From: Candidatus Thorarchaeota archaeon
GTDB lineage: Archaea; Asgardarchaeota; Thorarchaeia; Thorarchaeales; Thorarchaeaceae
Direction of reading: 5' to 3'
Assembly: GCA_016933575.1 (NCBI GenBank)
Contig: JAFGAR010000192.1
Span: 1 to 29,148 of the forward strand
DNA length: 29,148 nt
Shown here: positions 26,250-29,148 of the stretch, in pieces
Numbering within the stretch: position 1 is the first letter of the stretch
Layout: every line of letters begins with the position of its first letter
Notes under the pieces: model-generated
Databases searched by the model: none
Told to the model about the DNA's origin: nothing
Seen by the model: the letters and a program-made list of their open reading frames with translations, nothing else
Made by a program: the position numbers and the translations under genes

Positions 26250-26730
26250 GAACTATTCAGAGGAACTGGGTGTTCCAGAGAATGGAAAATGGCCATCACT
26301 TCTCGCTCTGGTCGTAGGTCTCTCATACTGCTCAATTGGTCTTATTCAACTACTCGTTAGTTTCGGAGTCTTAATACCATTGATTGGATTCTCAGATCCA
26401 ATTGGTGGGTTCCTCCTTATCATTGTGGGAGCAGTATTTCTCACAGGTGTCAAACCACTCTCAAATAATGAGCAAGAAGGATACGCCTTCATAGCTGTGG
26501 GATATATCTTAGCAGCCATTCTCTTCGTTCTACAACTCATGGTTATTATTACAAATACAATTGGTTGGTTCCTCCAATTTGAAGATTGGCTAGATTGGAA
26601 TCTGTTTAATGATATCACGCCTTCGTTCTGGATGTTTATTATTCTGATGACTACGACGGGTACTCTTTGGGTTGTGGGAAACCTTAGGGAGAAGCTTCTT
26701 CCTAAGAGAAAGGAGGACTCTGCATTATGA
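26242..26730 (+). CDS. Four-TM membrane protein within the feo operon (hypothetical)
   Basis: TTG 26242 with GGAGGT 7 nt upstream. Overlaps the feoB stop and the feoC-like start; four hydrophobic helices. Confidence 0.75.
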   Translation: MLRNYSEELGVPENGKWPSLLALVVGLSYCSIGLIQLLVSFGVLIPLIGFSDPIGGFLLIIVGAVFLTGVKPLSNNEQEGYAFIAVGYILAAILFVLQLMVIITNTIGWFLQFEDWLDWNLFNDITPSFWMFIILMTTTGTLWVVGNLREKLLPKRKEDSAL

Positions 26731-27002
26731 TATCGAAGATTCTAGAATTGATAGTGAAAGGTCGTATGACTGATAAACGCGAGATAGCAAGACAAGTTGG
26801 AGTCCAGATAGAAACACTCGATGATATCATTGACCTTCTATGCCAGAGAGGGTACCTGAGAGTTGATGTCCAGAGTTGTTCAGGAAATCCATCATGTTCA
26901 GGATGCAACCTAGCAGATTCTTGTGGATCAACTGATAAATTAGGAAGAAAACTCTTTGTTACAGAAAAAGGGCGGCAGTATGTAGGATTAGAAAAGGGGT
27001 GA
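26727..27002 (+). CDS. feoC: FeoC-like winged-helix protein with Fe-S Cys motif
   Basis: wHTH EIARQVGVQIETLDDIIDLLCQRGYL followed by C-x5-C-x2-C-x5-C; located in the feo operon. Confidence 0.75.
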   Translation: MISKILELIVKGRMTDKREIARQVGVQIETLDDIIDLLCQRGYLRVDVQSCSGNPSCSGCNLADSCGSTDKLGRKLFVTEKGRQYVGLEKG

Positions 27003-27006
27003 GAAA

Positions 27007-27411
27007 TTGAATAACAAACAGCCGGAAACTGGAGAAATTGAACTCACACAAGCTTTGGAGATGTACATCAAGACTATACACGAACTCGAACAGGAGTTTG
27101 GTGCAGCTGCGCCGTCCGACATTGCCCAAAGACTCTCAGTGAAAGCACCAAGTGTTACATCAGCATTGCAAAAGCTTGATGCGCTCGGGATGGCAACATA
27201 TCATAGATACCAACATGTAAATCTCACTGAGCAAGGAAGAGAAGTAGCTGAGAAGCTTGATCGAAGACATAGAACATTGAGAGATTTTCTCCTCCTCATT
27301 GGAGTCGAGGAAAAGATTGCCTTGAGCGATGCATGCGAGATTGAACATGTTGTCCACCGTCAGACAATTGATAGACTCATAGAGTACATGAAAAAACAAT
27401 CAAAGACATGA
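27007..27411 (+). CDS. DtxR/MntR-family metal-dependent transcriptional regulator
   Basis: EMYIKTI, DIAQRLSVKAPSVT, RRHRTLRDFL, DACEIEH. No C-terminal SH3/FeoA domain. Confidence 0.92.
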   Translation: MNNKQPETGEIELTQALEMYIKTIHELEQEFGAAAPSDIAQRLSVKAPSVTSALQKLDALGMATYHRYQHVNLTEQGREVAEKLDRRHRTLRDFLLLIGVEEKIALSDACEIEHVVHRQTIDRLIEYMKKQSKT

Positions 27412-27489
27412 CCAAACAGCTTTTTTACAAGTTCCTACTAGATTTACCTACATCAACACTCGCACAATTGTGTCGAAGGAGGCGACCTT

Positions 27490-28047
27490 GTGAGTTCGAG
27501 ACCTGATACTTACAGAGTCATAGTAGCTGGAGATGAGGAACTTGGTTACAGTTACTGTGCCAAACTACTAGATAAGAGATTGACAGACCCGAGACAGGTA
27601 GCAAAAGAATCTCTTGAGAAAACCTGGCCAGACGATGAGTGGACCAAACACATAACGGTCTCAAATCAAGGCGTCATTACAACCATGGAGATCGATCTTG
27701 AGTTACATGGCCCATGGGTGTGGGAATTGTACAGCACACTTGAACCACGAGATTATTTCAGACGCTTTGCGGGGTTGATCCTGTGTGCAGATCCCGACAG
27801 GGAGAATCTACCATCAGAACTGTCCAACTTCATCGAGTCCATGAATATTCATACTGGTGACCAAATACCGACGATATTGATTGTTGATCGCTCAAGACGT
27901 TGGAAGAAGGGACAGATAGATTCACTACGGGAAATTGCTGAGAATCTCTCACTTCCAATATTTTTCATACGACTGGATACCGGCGAGAATATCGATGAAT
28001 CGTTCAAGAGTCTAGCGTCTGATATTTCTGAAGTGAATCTAAAATAG
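27490..28047 (+). CDS. Ras/Rab-like small GTPase fold protein with degenerate G motifs
   Basis: YRVIVAGDEELGYS (P-loop position), YFRRFAGLILCAD, IPTILIVDR, FFIRLDTGENIDESF follow the Rab-type secondary-structure pattern. Confidence 0.7.
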   Translation: MSSRPDTYRVIVAGDEELGYSYCAKLLDKRLTDPRQVAKESLEKTWPDDEWTKHITVSNQGVITTMEIDLELHGPWVWELYSTLEPRDYFRRFAGLILCADPDRENLPSELSNFIESMNIHTGDQIPTILIVDRSRRWKKGQIDSLREIAENLSLPIFFIRLDTGENIDESFKSLASDISEVNLK

Positions 28048-28050
28048 ATC

Positions 28051-28416
28051 TCATTCCGAATCATTCAGCTGATTTGACAGAGCTGACATGAATTGAAGAG
28101 CAACTGAGGCTATGTTGGATACAGATCTATAGACGGTGGAGAAAGACTCAGGAAATTGAACTTCTTCATAGACCGATTCTTCATCATCGTTGAATCGCAT
28201 TGTCTTGATTCCAAGGATTGGCACATCCATTGCTTCAAGTGTCCACATTACTAGGGGCAGCAGACTCACAGGACGCTCATGAGCGATTAGGTAACCATCA
28301 TCCTTCTCGACTACAATACAGTCCTCATCGAGAGCTGCAAGGGCTAGAGTGACCCTCTCGTCAACATAGTCTGTCCAAATTCTGATTGAATTATGTCTTG
28401 GATTCATCTTGATCAA
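28051..28416 (-). CDS. Hypothetical protein
   Basis: 121-aa acidic ORF converging on the GTPase-like gene with a 3-nt gap. Confidence 0.6.
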   Translation of the reverse strand: MIKMNPRHNSIRIWTDYVDERVTLALAALDEDCIVVEKDDGYLIAHERPVSLLPLVMWTLEAMDVPILGIKTMRFNDDEESVYEEVQFPESFSTVYRSVSNIASVALQFMSALSNQLNDSE

Positions 28417-28817
28417 GTTAGTATGGACTGGTCACTTCTATTACTCCTTGTGAAAACTTCTGACCAAAACTGTGGCCACTTAGACTGAGTATACGGTATA
28501 TTCTGTTGTATTTTAGTAACTATCAATAGTATTAGTCACAAAATCCTTTTCTGGAAGTTTCACTATCGAGAATGAGATGAGGGCACGGGCGCCATGACGA
28601 TTGTGCTGACGTATACAATGGAGAACGGCACTAAGGAGTAGGTAGAGTTCTAAGATGATATTTTTGAGATTAGCATTTCTTGAAAAAGGATAACCAGAAT
28701 TGGCTTCTCACCTCTTAATTCAACTAGCCCATCAACCGGGTTAGGTGTCAAAAGTCATAAATAATACATTATTTCAACTTTCATTTATTAAAATTATTTG
28801 AAAAAGGTGAATTCAAA

Positions 28818-29148
28818 GTGAGTAACGGAAGAAATATGTTAGGCGTTGTGACCATCATCATTGCGCTATCAGGAGTCGCTTTAGGAGCCTATTCTTTCAT
28901 TTTTATGAATAATTATGTTAATACTCTAAATGCTCAAAACGATGAACTGAATGGAAAAATCAATGACCTGAATGGAGAAATCGATGACCTGAATGCAATC
29001 ATCAACGAAACAAATTCATATCATCCACCAATAGCAAAAGTGTATTATGATGATGTGTCTGCCTATTCAATACCCAGTGGAATATCCCAAACCTTCAACT
29101 ATAATCAAATAGATTTTGATAATCGTGATGCGTTTAATCTCACATCTG
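28818..29148 (+). CDS. Partial gene: N-terminal TM anchor + coiled coil + possible C1q/TNF-like head
   Basis: Not in the ORF track because it runs off the window. AGGTGA RBS, GTG start, MSNGRNMLGVVTIIIALSGVALGAYSF..., heptads, then AKVYY...SIPSG...FNYNQIDFDNRDAFNLTS. Confidence 0.75.
   Translation, partial: MSNGRNMLGVVTIIIALSGVALGAYSFIFMNNYVNTLNAQNDELNGKINDLNGEIDDLNAIINETNSYHPPIAKVYYDDVSAYSIPSGISQTFNYNQIDFDNRDAFNLTS
28941..29003 (+). repeat. Three imperfect 21-bp tandem repeats encoding heptads
   Basis: GATGAACTGAATGGAAAAATC / AATGACCTGAATGGAGAAATC / GATGACCTGAATGCAATCATC = DELNGKI / NDLNGEI / DDLNAII. Confidence 0.85.

Noticed and set aside
192-28064. Numerous short ORFs antisense or out of frame within the called genes (e.g. 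6504-6974, 25232-25669, 25541-26071)
   Set aside because: Shadow ORFs of well-supported genes, with no motifs of their own.
28540-28655. Possible decayed coding fragment (DEGTGAMTIVLTYTMENGTKE*VEF)
   Set aside because: Too short and not assignable to any family by eye.
1-29148. CRISPR arrays, tRNA/rRNA genes, transposases, integrases
   Set aside because: No regularly spaced repeats, cloverleaf or rRNA signatures, or recombinase motifs were seen by eye.

Overview
Archaeal genomic window of about 40% GC (eyeball estimate), with frequent TTG/GTG starts and GGAGG/AGGTGA ribosome-binding sites. It is most likely from an Asgard archaeon, probably Thorarchaeia-like. That assignment is inferred from a 7TM-longin-like protein, a Ras/Rab-like GTPase fold, a NosD-type beta-helix surface protein and a membrane Zn-ribbon protein. 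Housekeeping and metabolic genes: cysS, a GH3 beta-glucosidase, a LarA-family racemase, an FdhD-like protein, and APH, GNAT, DinB, VOC, SAM-methyltransferase and TrmB-like genes. Most notable: (1) two tandem paralogs built as propeptide-like domain + PKD-like domain + membrane hairpin with an internal signal-peptide-like segment + clan CD (caspase/gingipain-like, DUF6345-type) His-Cys domain; (2) a translationally coupled feo operon with a split FeoB, His-rich inserts, an extra membrane gene, FeoC-like and DtxR genes and a DtxR-type operator; (3) a degenerate pseudo-GTPase; (4) a SECIS/K-turn-like structure after cysS; (5) a decayed region at 22.6-23.6 kb with an MFS gene cut at a fold-back hairpin, a GC-rich structured element and a YoaP-like remnant. 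No rRNA, tRNA, CRISPR array or transposase was recognised. All family calls come from motif recognition by eye, not database searches.
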